Positions 9,531 through 18,580 of a DNA stretch of 64,000 nucleotides are shown here, in pieces. The stretch lies in NCBI GenBank assembly GCA_016930875.1, contig JAFGFW010000047.1, forward strand, positions 65,587-129,586, given 5' to 3'. How positions within the stretch are numbered: position 1 is the first letter of the stretch; each line of letters starts with the position of its first letter. Origin of the DNA: Deltaproteobacteria bacterium. GTDB taxonomy: Bacteria > Desulfobacterota > Desulfobacteria > Desulfobacterales > C00003060. The position numbers and the translations under genes were made by a program. The notes below the pieces were generated by a model. The model made no database searches. It was not told where the DNA came from and worked only from the letters and a program-made list of their open reading frames with translations.

Positions 9531-10568
9531 TTATGGAGATGGTGTGCGGAGTTTTGCCCCGGGTTCTATGTCCTTTTCAGCCATGGTTACCAGGGCCGTA
9601 GCAGTTGTATCCTCGGTATGAAGGATCAGAACCCTGCCAAAATCGACAGGTGACAGCAGCACCTCCTCTTTTCCCTTTGTGTCGAGGTATTCCTTGTCCT
9701 GATAGTATATGCTGTATGATTGTCCCACCTTGATGCCGTCTTTGCGCCCCTTGTCAACAAAAACAACGGCCTGGTCACCGAACATGGTCTGGTTTTCCTC
9801 AGAGACCAAGACCTTGCCGTTAATTCCCTTCTTGCTCTCAGTGAGAATAATCTTTGGCGATCGTGCATTGTAGGGCATCAGCAGGTCATTGATTTCAATA
9901 TGCCGGAAGGATTCAACGACCCTGGCCGTGGAATATTTTGCCTGCACGCCGGCAATTTCAATCACGCCCACTATATAGTGCTGGATTCCAACAAGGGTCT
10001 TGGTTTCCTGGTCCTTTACGGCGTCCAGTGTACGAAACACGGTGAAGCGATTCCCAGACCTAAAAGCAGTCTTTTCCGTGGGTCGGACATAGATCAGGTC
10101 ACCCTCACTGATCATGACCTTGTCTTCCTTGACCCTGAAGATGGCGCCCGACGGGGGATAAGGCTCTTTTCTTACGAAACCTATGCTGTCAATGGGGGGA
10201 TAGAGGTAGCATGATGGCTCTTTTTTCTTTTCAACCTCAGGCGTTGGTTCAAGGCTGGGACTTGCCTCGGAAACCATCTCCATCGCCTCGCGGTTGAAAA
10301 TACGAATCCGGTTTCCCGGATAGATCCAGTGGGGGTTGGGAATCTCTTTGTTTTTTTGCCAGAGATCAGGCCAGACCCAGGGGGAGTCAAAAAAATGTTC
10401 GGAGAGATCCCAAAGGGTGTCTCCCTTTTGGATCGTATAGTACAGCCCGGAATCGAGCTTGTGGGTCTTGAGTTGGTCCTGCGCGTGAGAACCCACAGGG
10501 AACAGCCACAGGGCAATGAAGACCACAAGAAAAAAAGAAACGGTTTTTGAAACGTATCTAGCGTTCAT
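9531..10568 (-). CDS. LysM peptidoglycan-binding protein (345 aa), last gene of the pilMNOPQ operon
   Basis: It has a signal peptide and the LysM motif YTIQKGDTLWDLSEHFF...IYPGNRIRI. Its start abuts the pilQ stop codon (10568/10569). Confidence 0.7.
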   Translation of the reverse strand: MNARYVSKTVSFFLVVFIALWLFPVGSHAQDQLKTHKLDSGLYYTIQKGDTLWDLSEHFFDSPWVWPDLWQKNKEIPNPHWIYPGNRIRIFNREAMEMVSEASPSLEPTPEVEKKKEPSCYLYPPIDSIGFVRKEPYPPSGAIFRVKEDKVMISEGDLIYVRPTEKTAFRSGNRFTVFRTLDAVKDQETKTLVGIQHYIVGVIEIAGVQAKYSTARVVESFRHIEINDLLMPYNARSPKIILTESKKGINGKVLVSEENQTMFGDQAVVFVDKGRKDGIKVGQSYSIYYQDKEYLDTKGKEEVLLSPVDFGRVLILHTEDTTATALVTMAEKDIEPGAKLRTPSP

Positions 10569-12905
10569 CTAGGACCCCGGCCCTGATGTCTCCTCAAGCC
10601 TGATGATTTTCGGCGTAATAAAAACCAAAAGCTCTTCTTTGGTCTTGACGGTTTTCCTCTCCTTAAATAGCCATCCGAAAAAGGGAATCTTTGAAAGCCA
10701 GGGGACCCGCGCTTCAGAAACGGAGTCAGTCGTGACCAGAATTCCTCCGATCACTATCGTCTGTCCGTCGTTAACAAAGAGCTCTGTTTCTGCCGTGTTC
10801 GTATCAATAGCCGGGTTGCCCGCAACGGTGTTGGACCAATCAGGCGCGCCCTTCTCAGCGTAGATTTCCATACGGATGCGGTTGTCTCTCGTGATTTGAG
10901 GCGTTACGCTCAGTTCGATCCCCGCCTCTTCGGTCTTGATGCTGGTTGTGTTATCTTCTATGACCTGAAAAGGGATTTTGGTCACCTGCTTTATGGTTGC
11001 TTTCTTATTATCCAGTGTGAGAATCTTCGGAGCAGATACGGTCCTGCCTTTTCCCTGCTCTTCCATGGCCAGCAGTCTGATATCAAGGTTAAGAACGGTT
11101 CCTCCTATTCTGCCGAATGTAAAGCCCAGGCCGCTTGTGATACTCGCCGGGGGGAGATTGACCGCGTAATTCTGAGTGGCGGATGAATAAGTCTGGCCTC
11201 CAAAAAGCCTTCCCGATGTCGTGGCATTACCGTCGGTGCCGGTAGCGTAATAATCTCCACCCCACTGAACCCCGAGATCCCGTGTAAAATTGGTGTCTGC
11301 CTCAACGATCCGGGCCTCTATCAACACCTGGCGGGTGGCGATTTCCTGGTTGGCGTCGTCCAACTCTGTAATCAGCTTTTTGGCATTATCCAAGGCCTCA
11401 CGTTCATCCTTAATAATAATCATGTTGGTGCCGTCATCAACAGTGACCTTTCCGCGATCACTCTTGACTTCATCTAAGTGCGTTTTCAAGGAAGAGGCAT
11501 CCGCATAGTCGAGCTTAATATATTCCGTAACCAAAGGCTCGAGCTCTTTGGCATCCTGTTCGGCCTTGGTTTTTGCCTCAAGGGCTTTGAGCTCTTTTGC
11601 CAGAGTGTCAAGTTTTGCGATGCGAACGACATTGCCTTCAACAACTGTTCCGAGGTTGTTCATTTTGAGAATTAGATCCAGAACCTGATCCCAAGGGACA
11701 TTGACGAGTTTTAGGGTGACCCTTCCTTTGACGTCCTGGCCGATGACGAAGTTCTTTCCGCTGACCTCATGAAGGATTCGAAAAATATTGTGAATATCCG
11801 CATCCTGGAAATCAAGAGATATTTTTTCCCCCGCGAAGGTCTTGCCCTCTTCGGTCACAACGGGTTTTTCAGGGGGCCTTGTAACTTCTTTTATGACCGC
11901 TGCCTCCGTCTCTTTCATCGCCTGGATCCATCCGGGTTTTTCCGCTTCCGGCATGGGCCTTGGGGGGACTGAGGAGGCTTCAAAGTCAACAACGCACACA
12001 TTTTTTTTCTGATGAACTCTAAAGGGAACCGCTTCCCTGAGTTCAATGGCGATGACGGCCGTGTCTCCTATTTTTGTGCTCTGTATGGGAAAAATACGGT
12101 CTACGGCGCTCTTGAATCGCGTTGTAATAAGGGGGCGTCTTCGAAAGTCAGGAATCCTGGTATTAAAGAGCTTTAACAGGAGCCTTTTGTCCGAGGACTT
12201 CTGTGTTTCATATCGGATCTGACTCGTTGTTCCCACAGTGACACGGGATTTGCCGTCTTCAAGCATTTGGAAGTCGATTTGGTTGACCCAGGCTGCTGCC
12301 TTTTTGATTTTTTCGGATGTGACTTGAGCTTCAACCGGGGTTTCAGACCTTGCCATTTTCCGTGTTTCGGGTTGGACCTTTTTGGCGATTTGAGGGGCCT
12401 TTTCCGGTTCCGGCTTCTTCGCCTCCCTGGGCTCCACAACCGATTTCCGCCTCAGGCGGACAAGCACCTGATTTTCAGCCCGTGTCACTTCGTAGGAAAC
12501 GTCTCTGTTTAAGCGGATCTCGATCCGCGAAGAAGGCCTTTTCCTCCTCAACTCCGAGGCCTGAATAGCCTTGATCAGTGTGCTGTCCGGCGGCGAATAG
12601 CTATCTTGAATCCCCTCTAACGCCGTGTCCGGGAAATAGAGGACGACGCCAAGCGGGAACTGATGCTTCACTGCCGTGTAAGTGAGAGGTTGATTGGCAT
12701 ACATGATCACTTGGGATGTTTCTACGTCCTCAGAAACAGCGATTCTGTGAATTATTTTCTCCCCGGGAGTTGGCTCAGGCGCAACCGCTGCCGGTTTTGC
12801 AGGGGGCCCGGAAGCGCAACCCGCAAAGACAAAGAGAACTCCAAGCATAAACAACGGCCATTTCCTTTTCCAAATCGTTTTCTTGTTGCCAGTCATTTCA
12901 TACAT
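10569..12905 (-). CDS. pilQ: Type IV pilus secretin PilQ (778 aa)
   Basis: The lipobox-like N-terminus is LFVFAGC. AMIN-like N-terminal repeats and a Lys/Glu/Pro linker follow. The secretin C-terminus contains RVPWLSKIPFFGWLFK. Confidence 0.9.
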   Translation of the reverse strand: MYEMTGNKKTIWKRKWPLFMLGVLFVFAGCASGPPAKPAAVAPEPTPGEKIIHRIAVSEDVETSQVIMYANQPLTYTAVKHQFPLGVVLYFPDTALEGIQDSYSPPDSTLIKAIQASELRRKRPSSRIEIRLNRDVSYEVTRAENQVLVRLRRKSVVEPREAKKPEPEKAPQIAKKVQPETRKMARSETPVEAQVTSEKIKKAAAWVNQIDFQMLEDGKSRVTVGTTSQIRYETQKSSDKRLLLKLFNTRIPDFRRRPLITTRFKSAVDRIFPIQSTKIGDTAVIAIELREAVPFRVHQKKNVCVVDFEASSVPPRPMPEAEKPGWIQAMKETEAAVIKEVTRPPEKPVVTEEGKTFAGEKISLDFQDADIHNIFRILHEVSGKNFVIGQDVKGRVTLKLVNVPWDQVLDLILKMNNLGTVVEGNVVRIAKLDTLAKELKALEAKTKAEQDAKELEPLVTEYIKLDYADASSLKTHLDEVKSDRGKVTVDDGTNMIIIKDEREALDNAKKLITELDDANQEIATRQVLIEARIVEADTNFTRDLGVQWGGDYYATGTDGNATTSGRLFGGQTYSSATQNYAVNLPPASITSGLGFTFGRIGGTVLNLDIRLLAMEEQGKGRTVSAPKILTLDNKKATIKQVTKIPFQVIEDNTTSIKTEEAGIELSVTPQITRDNRIRMEIYAEKGAPDWSNTVAGNPAIDTNTAETELFVNDGQTIVIGGILVTTDSVSEARVPWLSKIPFFGWLFKERKTVKTKEELLVFITPKIIRLEETSGPGS

Positions 12906-13626
12906 CTCCGACGTTTTTTGGAAACGTTAATTCCGTGGTTTGAAGCTCCATTTTACCCGAGAGGAAATCCTTGGTCTCCTCTTCAACGACGACCCTGTCC
13001 TTTAGCACTCGTTTCACTCGTCCAAAATTTGTGCCAACATATGTGCCTTTAGATATTATGTAGCCTTTGCCAGAAGGTTCCTCGACCAAGGCCTTATTTC
13101 CCGTAGGCGCCAGTATTACAGCAACGAGCTTGAGTTGGCCCAGGTCCACCCTCTGAAGTGGCGTGAGGGGCAGCCTCTTTTTCTTGGCCTCTCTCCTGGA
13201 TGGGACGATACGTTCGGTTTCTGTTTCAAAAGGAGACTCAAAAGGATCGTGTTTTCCCCTGGGATCGTAAAAATAGTCGGGTCTCTTTCCGATCCCTTCG
13301 GCAAGCATTAGGCTGTCTGATTTTTTCGGCCGGATCAGGCCTTTTTTCTCAGGCAATGATGGCTCCACGGCCCTTTCGGAACCAGTCTGCGCAAGCCTGG
13401 TTCCATGTTCAGCCACGCGAGGTTCTAAGGGTATTTTTTCTGGCTGAGCAATCGGTTCTCTGGGCATGGCAATCTTCTTGCGCAATTCCGGTGGCTGTTG
13501 CGGAGTCTCGGAATCAGACCGATCTCCGCACCCGGCTGCAGCTACTATCATGAGCGTGACCGCAAGAAGCAACTTGCGAGCGCTGGCCGCGATAGTCATA
13601 TCAGCCCTTTTTTTTCTTCTTTCCAT
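12898..13626 (-). CDS. pilP: Pilus assembly lipoprotein PilP (242 aa; the start may be Met at 13599)
   Basis: The lipobox is VAAAGC. The C-terminal PilP beta-domain reads LKLVAVILAPTGNKALVEEPSGKGYIISKGTYVGTNFGRVKRVLKDRVVVEE. It overlaps pilQ by 8 nt. Confidence 0.8.
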   Translation of the reverse strand: MERRKKRADMTIAASARKLLLAVTLMIVAAAGCGDRSDSETPQQPPELRKKIAMPREPIAQPEKIPLEPRVAEHGTRLAQTGSERAVEPSLPEKKGLIRPKKSDSLMLAEGIGKRPDYFYDPRGKHDPFESPFETETERIVPSRREAKKKRLPLTPLQRVDLGQLKLVAVILAPTGNKALVEEPSGKGYIISKGTYVGTNFGRVKRVLKDRVVVEEETKDFLSGKMELQTTELTFPKNVGDV

Positions 13627-14233
13627 TTGCGGGTTTCTTTTTTGCGTTTTCTATAAATCTATATGTGGTGGCTACACAAGATGTGTTCAGGTATCCTTCG
13701 GCTTTCTTAGAACCTTTTGCCTTCTTGATATTGATGTCAGAGACGTTGACGATTCTGGAGAGCCTTGACACTTTGTCAAAAAACATTGCCAGGTTGTGAT
13801 ATCCGCCGACGACCTCTATCTTTACAGGAATCTCGGCATAGAAACCCTTTGAAACCTCCTTCGCCGGTTTGAACAACAGAAACTCCAGGCCCGAATGCCT
13901 TCCCGATTTTGATATGCTCTCCAGGAGGCTCGGGATTTCCTTCTTGTCTGGCAGAAGGCGAAGAACAAGCCTGAACTTTCCCTGGGCATCGTTGTATTGT
14001 TTCTGGTATTTTTTGAGGTTCTTTGCACCAGCCTTTGCTTTTGTCAACTTGATTTCGATATCCTCGAATTCTTGCTTCAGCTCACTGACCCGGCTGGATT
14101 GCGGCATGTAGATGAGATAATAAAACAGTCCGCCAAAAAGCAGAAATGTTCCGATACAGATCGCAGCTCTCTGTGCACGGGTCAGCGCCGCAATCTTATC
14201 AAAAGGTAAACTTGGGAGGGACTTTCCAGCCAT
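13601..14233 (-). CDS. pilO: Type IV pilus biogenesis protein PilO
   Basis: It has a single TM helix and a coiled coil. The PilO core is LPDKKEIPSLLESISKSG...FYAEIPVKIEVVGGYHNLAMFFDKVSRLSRIV. Confidence 0.85.
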   Translation of the reverse strand: MAGKSLPSLPFDKIAALTRAQRAAICIGTFLLFGGLFYYLIYMPQSSRVSELKQEFEDIEIKLTKAKAGAKNLKKYQKQYNDAQGKFRLVLRLLPDKKEIPSLLESISKSGRHSGLEFLLFKPAKEVSKGFYAEIPVKIEVVGGYHNLAMFFDKVSRLSRIVNVSDINIKKAKGSKKAEGYLNTSCVATTYRFIENAKKKPANGKKKKKG

Positions 14234-14239
14234 TTATCC

Positions 14240-14812
14240 TCAAGGGGTTGTCGGTTTCTTCTGGGGTTGTCGGCTCAGCATACAGGTCAATATGAACTCT
14301 TTAAACTTTTTGTCCTGCTTCAGTTTGACTTGCTTTGAAGATATGAGGTCAACACCACCAAAAACGGGCGATTCTTCAAGCCGAGTCATGAAATCTGCAA
14401 CAGTCTTGTTGTCGCTAGCCACACCTGCAAGCTTAATGGTTCCGTTCTTTTCCGTCAGGCTCTTAAGCCACATCTTGTCTGCCACCACGTAGTTGGTGAG
14501 GGCATCCATGAAACGGACCGGACCGGTTCGATTCGCTTCAAGCTTGACTATAACATCCATCTTTGCTTCGAGTTTCCGAAGCTCTTTTGTAATCTTATTC
14601 ACCTGCTTGGCTATCGCCTCATATTTTTTCAGGTCTGACTGGGCCAATTCGATGTCTTGGTTGAGCTTGGATATCTTGCGGTTCGTCGAAATTGCAAGGT
14701 AAGCCATTACACAAAAGGCAAAAACAAGACACAGGCAGAAGACGGAGACCTGACGACGAATGTTTTCCTTCTTGCGTGCGGCTCGAATTGGTAAAAGGTT
14801 AATCCTGATCAT
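14240..14812 (-). CDS. pilN: Type IV pilus assembly protein PilN
   Basis: The N-terminus MIRINLLPIRAARKKENIRRQ is followed by a TM helix, the canonical PilN/fimbrial-assembly pattern. The gene lies between pilM and pilO. Confidence 0.85.
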   Translation of the reverse strand: MIRINLLPIRAARKKENIRRQVSVFCLCLVFAFCVMAYLAISTNRKISKLNQDIELAQSDLKKYEAIAKQVNKITKELRKLEAKMDVIVKLEANRTGPVRFMDALTNYVVADKMWLKSLTEKNGTIKLAGVASDNKTVADFMTRLEESPVFGGVDLISSKQVKLKQDKKFKEFILTCMLSRQPQKKPTTP

Positions 14813-15864
14813 TTGTCGCCCACCTTCCTGGATGCCAGGCCGATGCAGATAGTAGCTTGAGGGGCTATGCTCTTAAGATAATTCGTGTCATGATCCTTTT
14901 CATTGATGTCCAGAGACCTGAAGGGATCGAACATCTCCACCTTACAAGAAGTCTCTGTCGCCAGGTGCTGGACAAACCCCGGGGTCTGAGTTGCGCCTCC
15001 GCTCAAGAGAATTTGCTTAATATTCTCGTCAGGATATGTGGAATAGTAGAAGTCTGTCACCCGCCTGATTTCACTGCACCAGTTTGAGACAAAGGACAAG
15101 ATGATCTCATCGAGGTCTTCCTTGGGCACCTTGCCGGAATCCTTGCCCAGCTTTATGTCCTCTGCCTCGTCAAAGGAACAAGAAAACTGTGTGGCAATCT
15201 CTCTAGTGATTTCTTCTCCGCCGATAGCCACGTCTCGGGTAAATGCGGACACATTATTCTTAACAATATTGACATTGAGTTTATTGGCTCCAACATCTAC
15301 GAGCGCAACACTCTTTTCTTCCCGCAGGTAATTGTCTTCAAATACCTTCTCCAACACAAAAACGTCGACATCGAGCACACATGGGTTGAGATCGGCCATT
15401 TCTAGAAGGTCTATGTGTTCATTAACGACCTCCTGCTTGGCAGCAACAAGCATAACATTCATTTGATTCGGATTCGCTTCATGGTCGCCAAGTATATGAA
15501 AATCAATGTTCACGTCTTGGACATCAAATGGAATGTACTGTTCGGCCTCATATTGGATATTGTCGTGGAGTTCCTCCTCCGCCATCTTCGCCACTACAAT
15601 TTTCTTGATAATTACGGAATAGCCGGAGATCGATGTTGCAACATTTTGCTCTTTTACGTTCAAGTTCCTTGCCAGGCTTTTGATAGTATCGGCAACTACT
15701 TCGGGTTTCTTAATACGTCCCTCAACGATGGCGCCTTGCGGCAAGTTGGCCATGCCGAACTTTTTTAGGATCCGTTGTTCCCCTTTTTCCACGACCTCGC
15801 CCAGCTTGACAGTCCGGGAACCGATATCCAGGCCGATGAGGTGTTCTTTCTTTGCAAAAAGCAT
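14809..15864 (-). CDS. pilM: Type IV pilus assembly ATPase-fold protein PilM
   Basis: The actin-like N-terminus is LIGLDIGSRTVKLGEV. The length is typical at 351 aa. It overlaps pilN by 4 nt (ATGA). Confidence 0.9.
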   Translation of the reverse strand: MLFAKKEHLIGLDIGSRTVKLGEVVEKGEQRILKKFGMANLPQGAIVEGRIKKPEVVADTIKSLARNLNVKEQNVATSISGYSVIIKKIVVAKMAEEELHDNIQYEAEQYIPFDVQDVNIDFHILGDHEANPNQMNVMLVAAKQEVVNEHIDLLEMADLNPCVLDVDVFVLEKVFEDNYLREEKSVALVDVGANKLNVNIVKNNVSAFTRDVAIGGEEITREIATQFSCSFDEAEDIKLGKDSGKVPKEDLDEIILSFVSNWCSEIRRVTDFYYSTYPDENIKQILLSGGATQTPGFVQHLATETSCKVEMFDPFRSLDINEKDHDTNYLKSIAPQATICIGLASRKVGDK

Positions 15865-15873
15865 ATGGCTCCT

Positions 15874-16227
15874 TTAGTCAGCGAATATCTTGTTCTTGTC
15901 GGTAAGTCTGTAGCCGAGAGCCAAGAGGAGCTTTCTTTTTGTCTCCAAGCGGCAATTTTTCCCCTTTTCGATTCTATCAATGGTTATGGGTGAGACTCGG
16001 GCCTTTCTCGCAAGTTCGGCCTTGCTTATCAAAAGCGATTCCCGTATTTCTTTTAGCGCATTCCTGCCCATGCCAGCTCGTCTCCTGCTGGGTTCTGGTT
16101 CTGACTGTGTGCCATCCCCAAAGCCATGTTCATCCATGCAAAAAGAATTCTCACAACTTCTGAAACTGCCATATTGCTTGACGGGAAGATGCATGATTTG
16201 GGCCAACTTGTCAAGAAAATTACGCAA
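15874..16227 (-). CDS. XRE-family helix-turn-helix transcriptional regulator (true start possibly Met at 16071)
   Basis: The HTH core is LKEIRESLLISKAELARKARVSPITIDRIEKGKNCRLETKRKLLLALG. Its stop codon is only 9 nt upstream of the pilM start. Confidence 0.6.
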   Translation of the reverse strand: MRNFLDKLAQIMHLPVKQYGSFRSCENSFCMDEHGFGDGTQSEPEPSRRRAGMGRNALKEIRESLLISKAELARKARVSPITIDRIEKGKNCRLETKRKLLLALGYRLTDKNKIFAD

Positions 16228-16282
16228 AATTATAGATAATTATTATCAAATGATGTCATTTGTATGTTGATAAAGTAAGCGT

Positions 16283-17959
16283 TTACAGGACCGTATATCC
16301 TGGTCCGTCGCCTCCTTCCGGACAGGTCCATGTGATATTGCCGTAGGGATCCTTAACCTCACACGTCTTGCAATGAAGACAATTTGAAGGGTTCAGCCGC
16401 AGCTTCTTTTCATGCGTGTCCTCGCTAATTTCCATTTCGTATACATTGCCCGGACAAAACCTTGTGCATGGAGACTGATAAGTGTCAAAACACTGATTAA
16501 CACATAGATTAAGATCATGGACAATCAAGTGACATGGCTGATCCTCCCGGTGCTGCGTTTTGGATAGATATACACCGGTCAGTTTGTCCACAAAGAGCGC
16601 TTCATCATATTCATGTATTCCGTATCGTTGTTCTGAGGTCTCCAAGTCGTCATCCTTCAAGGATCGCAAGGAGCCTGAGTCTTTCTGGATGGACATCCTG
16701 TCAATGACACCTCTGCCACCTGTCAGATATTGGATACCCAAGTGGACAAGTTTTATCGGCATCTTCTTGGCTACGGCCTGGGCAAAATTCCTTCCCACAT
16801 GGAGTTCCTGTTTCAACCAACTGTTTTCAATCATGTCACGGTAGCAAGACAACGCCTCTTGCGTGAAACCGCCTTTTGAGAAGGCCTCCAGAATTGCCTC
16901 CGCCGCAAGCATGCCCGATTTCATGGAGGTGTGGATTCCTTTAAGCGCCGGTGGATTCTGCATGGATGCTGTGGCGCCCACAAAAACCGCACCATCAACA
17001 GCCAGCTTCGGCACGGTGTAATATCCTCCGTTACCAATTACCCTGGCCCCTTGCTCAATCACCCGCCCGCCGGTTATGATCTCACGCACAAACGGATGCC
17101 CTTTGAATCTCAAGAATTCTTCATAGAGATCGAGCATGGGATCTTCATATCCCAATCCCACGACAAGGCCCAGGGTTACCTTGTTGTCCTTCATCTCATA
17201 AACAAAGCCGCCACTGTGGATGTCTAGCTTTAATGGATAGCCCAAGGTATGAATATCATTGGCAGAGCTGTCTGCAAAATAGTTCTTTTCAGGCAGCTCG
17301 ATAACTTCTTTTATGCCGGTTTCAAAGGTTTGAGGCACCTTTCCGGAAAAGATGTTCAACTTCTTGGAAAGCTCTCTGAGAAGCGATCCTTTGGCGCCCT
17401 CTCCAAGTACTGTTACCTTTGCAATTATGTCCACGCCAGGCTCAAAGTTTGCCCTGGGTTGTCCATCCTTATCCAGGCCCTTATCTCCTGTGCGGACCCC
17501 GACGACGGTCTTGCCATCCTGGTCGTAAAGCACCTCTTTGCCCGCAAAGCCTGGGAAGATGTTCACGCCCAAATCCTCAGCAATGGCAGCAAGCCAGCGG
17601 ACAAACCTGGAGAGGCTTATGACGTGGAATCCGTTGTTTTTCATGTACCGTGGCACGAAAGGTATGGAATATTGGGACCTCTCGGTCAAAAAATAGAATT
17701 CGTCTCCCCGAACGTCTTTCTCAATAGGGCAGCCTGCTTCCCTGTAGTTTGCCACAAGCTCCTTGAGGGCTATAGGGTTTAGGACCGCGCCGCTTAAGGC
17801 ATGAGAACCCACGTTAGCGCCCTTTTCAATTAACGCTACCTCAAGGTCAAGATTCTTATTTCTGGCCAGTTGCATCAGATGAACGGCGCCAGCAAGGTTT
17901 GCAGGGCCACCCCCAACAAACAGGACATCAAATTCGATTTGTTCTCTTGCACTAGTCAT
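16283..17959 (-). CDS. Electron-transfer flavoprotein:quinone oxidoreductase (ETF-QO/FixC-like with C-terminal 4Fe-4S domain)
   Basis: The FAD-binding motif is FDVLFVGGGPANLAGA. The C-terminal ferredoxin-like Cys cluster is CPGNVYEM...CLHCKTCEVKDP. The preferred start is ATG 17959, preceded by GAGGAAAACC. The ORF track extends to 18013. Confidence 0.8.
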   Translation of the reverse strand: MTSAREQIEFDVLFVGGGPANLAGAVHLMQLARNKNLDLEVALIEKGANVGSHALSGAVLNPIALKELVANYREAGCPIEKDVRGDEFYFLTERSQYSIPFVPRYMKNNGFHVISLSRFVRWLAAIAEDLGVNIFPGFAGKEVLYDQDGKTVVGVRTGDKGLDKDGQPRANFEPGVDIIAKVTVLGEGAKGSLLRELSKKLNIFSGKVPQTFETGIKEVIELPEKNYFADSSANDIHTLGYPLKLDIHSGGFVYEMKDNKVTLGLVVGLGYEDPMLDLYEEFLRFKGHPFVREIITGGRVIEQGARVIGNGGYYTVPKLAVDGAVFVGATASMQNPPALKGIHTSMKSGMLAAEAILEAFSKGGFTQEALSCYRDMIENSWLKQELHVGRNFAQAVAKKMPIKLVHLGIQYLTGGRGVIDRMSIQKDSGSLRSLKDDDLETSEQRYGIHEYDEALFVDKLTGVYLSKTQHREDQPCHLIVHDLNLCVNQCFDTYQSPCTRFCPGNVYEMEISEDTHEKKLRLNPSNCLHCKTCEVKDPYGNITWTCPEGGDGPGYTVL

Positions 17960-18025
17960 GGTTTTCCTCACGTGTGTTTTAGGTTGAGCCCGTTGAGCCG
18001 GTTTGCCGGCCAAGTGTTGATAATC

Positions 18026-18148
18026 TCGTAAAAAGTCGTCACTCCGGTGAAAACCGGAGTCCAGAGCCTTTGTAACTAGCTGAATAAACTGAATTCCGGC
18101 TTTCGGCGGAATGACAGTCCGCCGGAGGCGGATTTCGACTTTTTACGA
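18026..18148. repeat. Second copy of the MITE-like element with TCGTAAAAAGTC / GACTTTTTACGA termini
   Basis: The terminal repeats are at 18026-18037 and 18137-18148. The internal hairpin is CTCCGG-TGAAAA-CCGGAG, with paired substitutions relative to the 9397 copy. A CGGAATGACA box is present. The sequence CAAGTGTTGA is repeated on both flanks (18011-18020 and 18155-18164). Confidence 0.65.
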
Positions 18149-18261
18149 GACCCTCAAGTGTTGACCGATCAAAAAAACTCTACCCATAGCTCACAACGTT
18201 TTCGACTCATCGCATATCACATAAAGCCGAAAGCTTAAAGTGGCGTCCCTACGAAAAATGT

Positions 18262-18290
18262 TTGACAACGGGAAAAGATGGGTATAAATT
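18262..18290 (+). promoter_or_regulatory. Sigma70-type promoter for tRNA-Gly (and possibly the rimP operon)
   Basis: A perfect -35 TTGACA lies at 18262-18267. The -10 is either TATAAA (15-nt spacer) or TAAATT (17-nt spacer), at 18283-18290. It ends about 14 nt before the tRNA 5' end. Confidence 0.55.
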
Positions 18291-18303
18291 ATCAGACGAT
18301 AAA

Positions 18304-18380
18304 GCGGGCATAGCTCAGATTGGTAGAGTACAAGCTTCCCAAGCTTGGTGTCGCGGGTTCGAGCCCCGTTGCCCGCTCCA
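18304..18380 (+). tRNA. tRNA-Gly (anticodon CCC), with encoded CCA end
   Basis: A cloverleaf can be folded by hand. The acceptor stem is GCGGGCA/TGCCCGC, the D arm GCTC-AGATTGGTA-GAGT. The anticodon stem is CAAGC/GCTTG with loop TTCCCAA. The T arm is GCGGG-TTCGAGC-CCCGT, the discriminator is U, and CCA follows. Confidence 0.9.
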
Positions 18381-18552
18381 GTTTTGTCGTGCCTGAAAGT
18401 GAGCCCTATTCCCTTTTTGAGGCGATGCCTTGTGCGGCTAGGCAGCAAGGCATATATGCTTCGATGAGTGGAGTTGCTGATAATTTGTGCCTGTGGTTTT
18501 CTGTGTAAAGACTCAATAAAAAGGTTTATTGAGACGTAGATGTGATGCGGGA

Positions 18553-18576
18553 AACGGGCAATAGCCCGTTTTTTTT
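18553..18576 (+). terminator. Intrinsic terminator/attenuator hairpin between tRNA-Gly and rimP
   Basis: The stem is AACGGGC-AATA-GCCCGTT, running into a T8 tract (18569-18576). The tract ends 4 nt before the rimP ATG. Confidence 0.6.
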
Positions 18577-18580
18577 GTAG

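Noticed and set aside
16283-18013. ETF-QO as part of a novel orphan electron-transfer module, since no etfAB genes are adjacent.
   Set aside because: A single well-known enzyme without partners in a 64-kb window is not unusual, and etfAB may lie elsewhere. Nothing in the sequence itself is anomalous.
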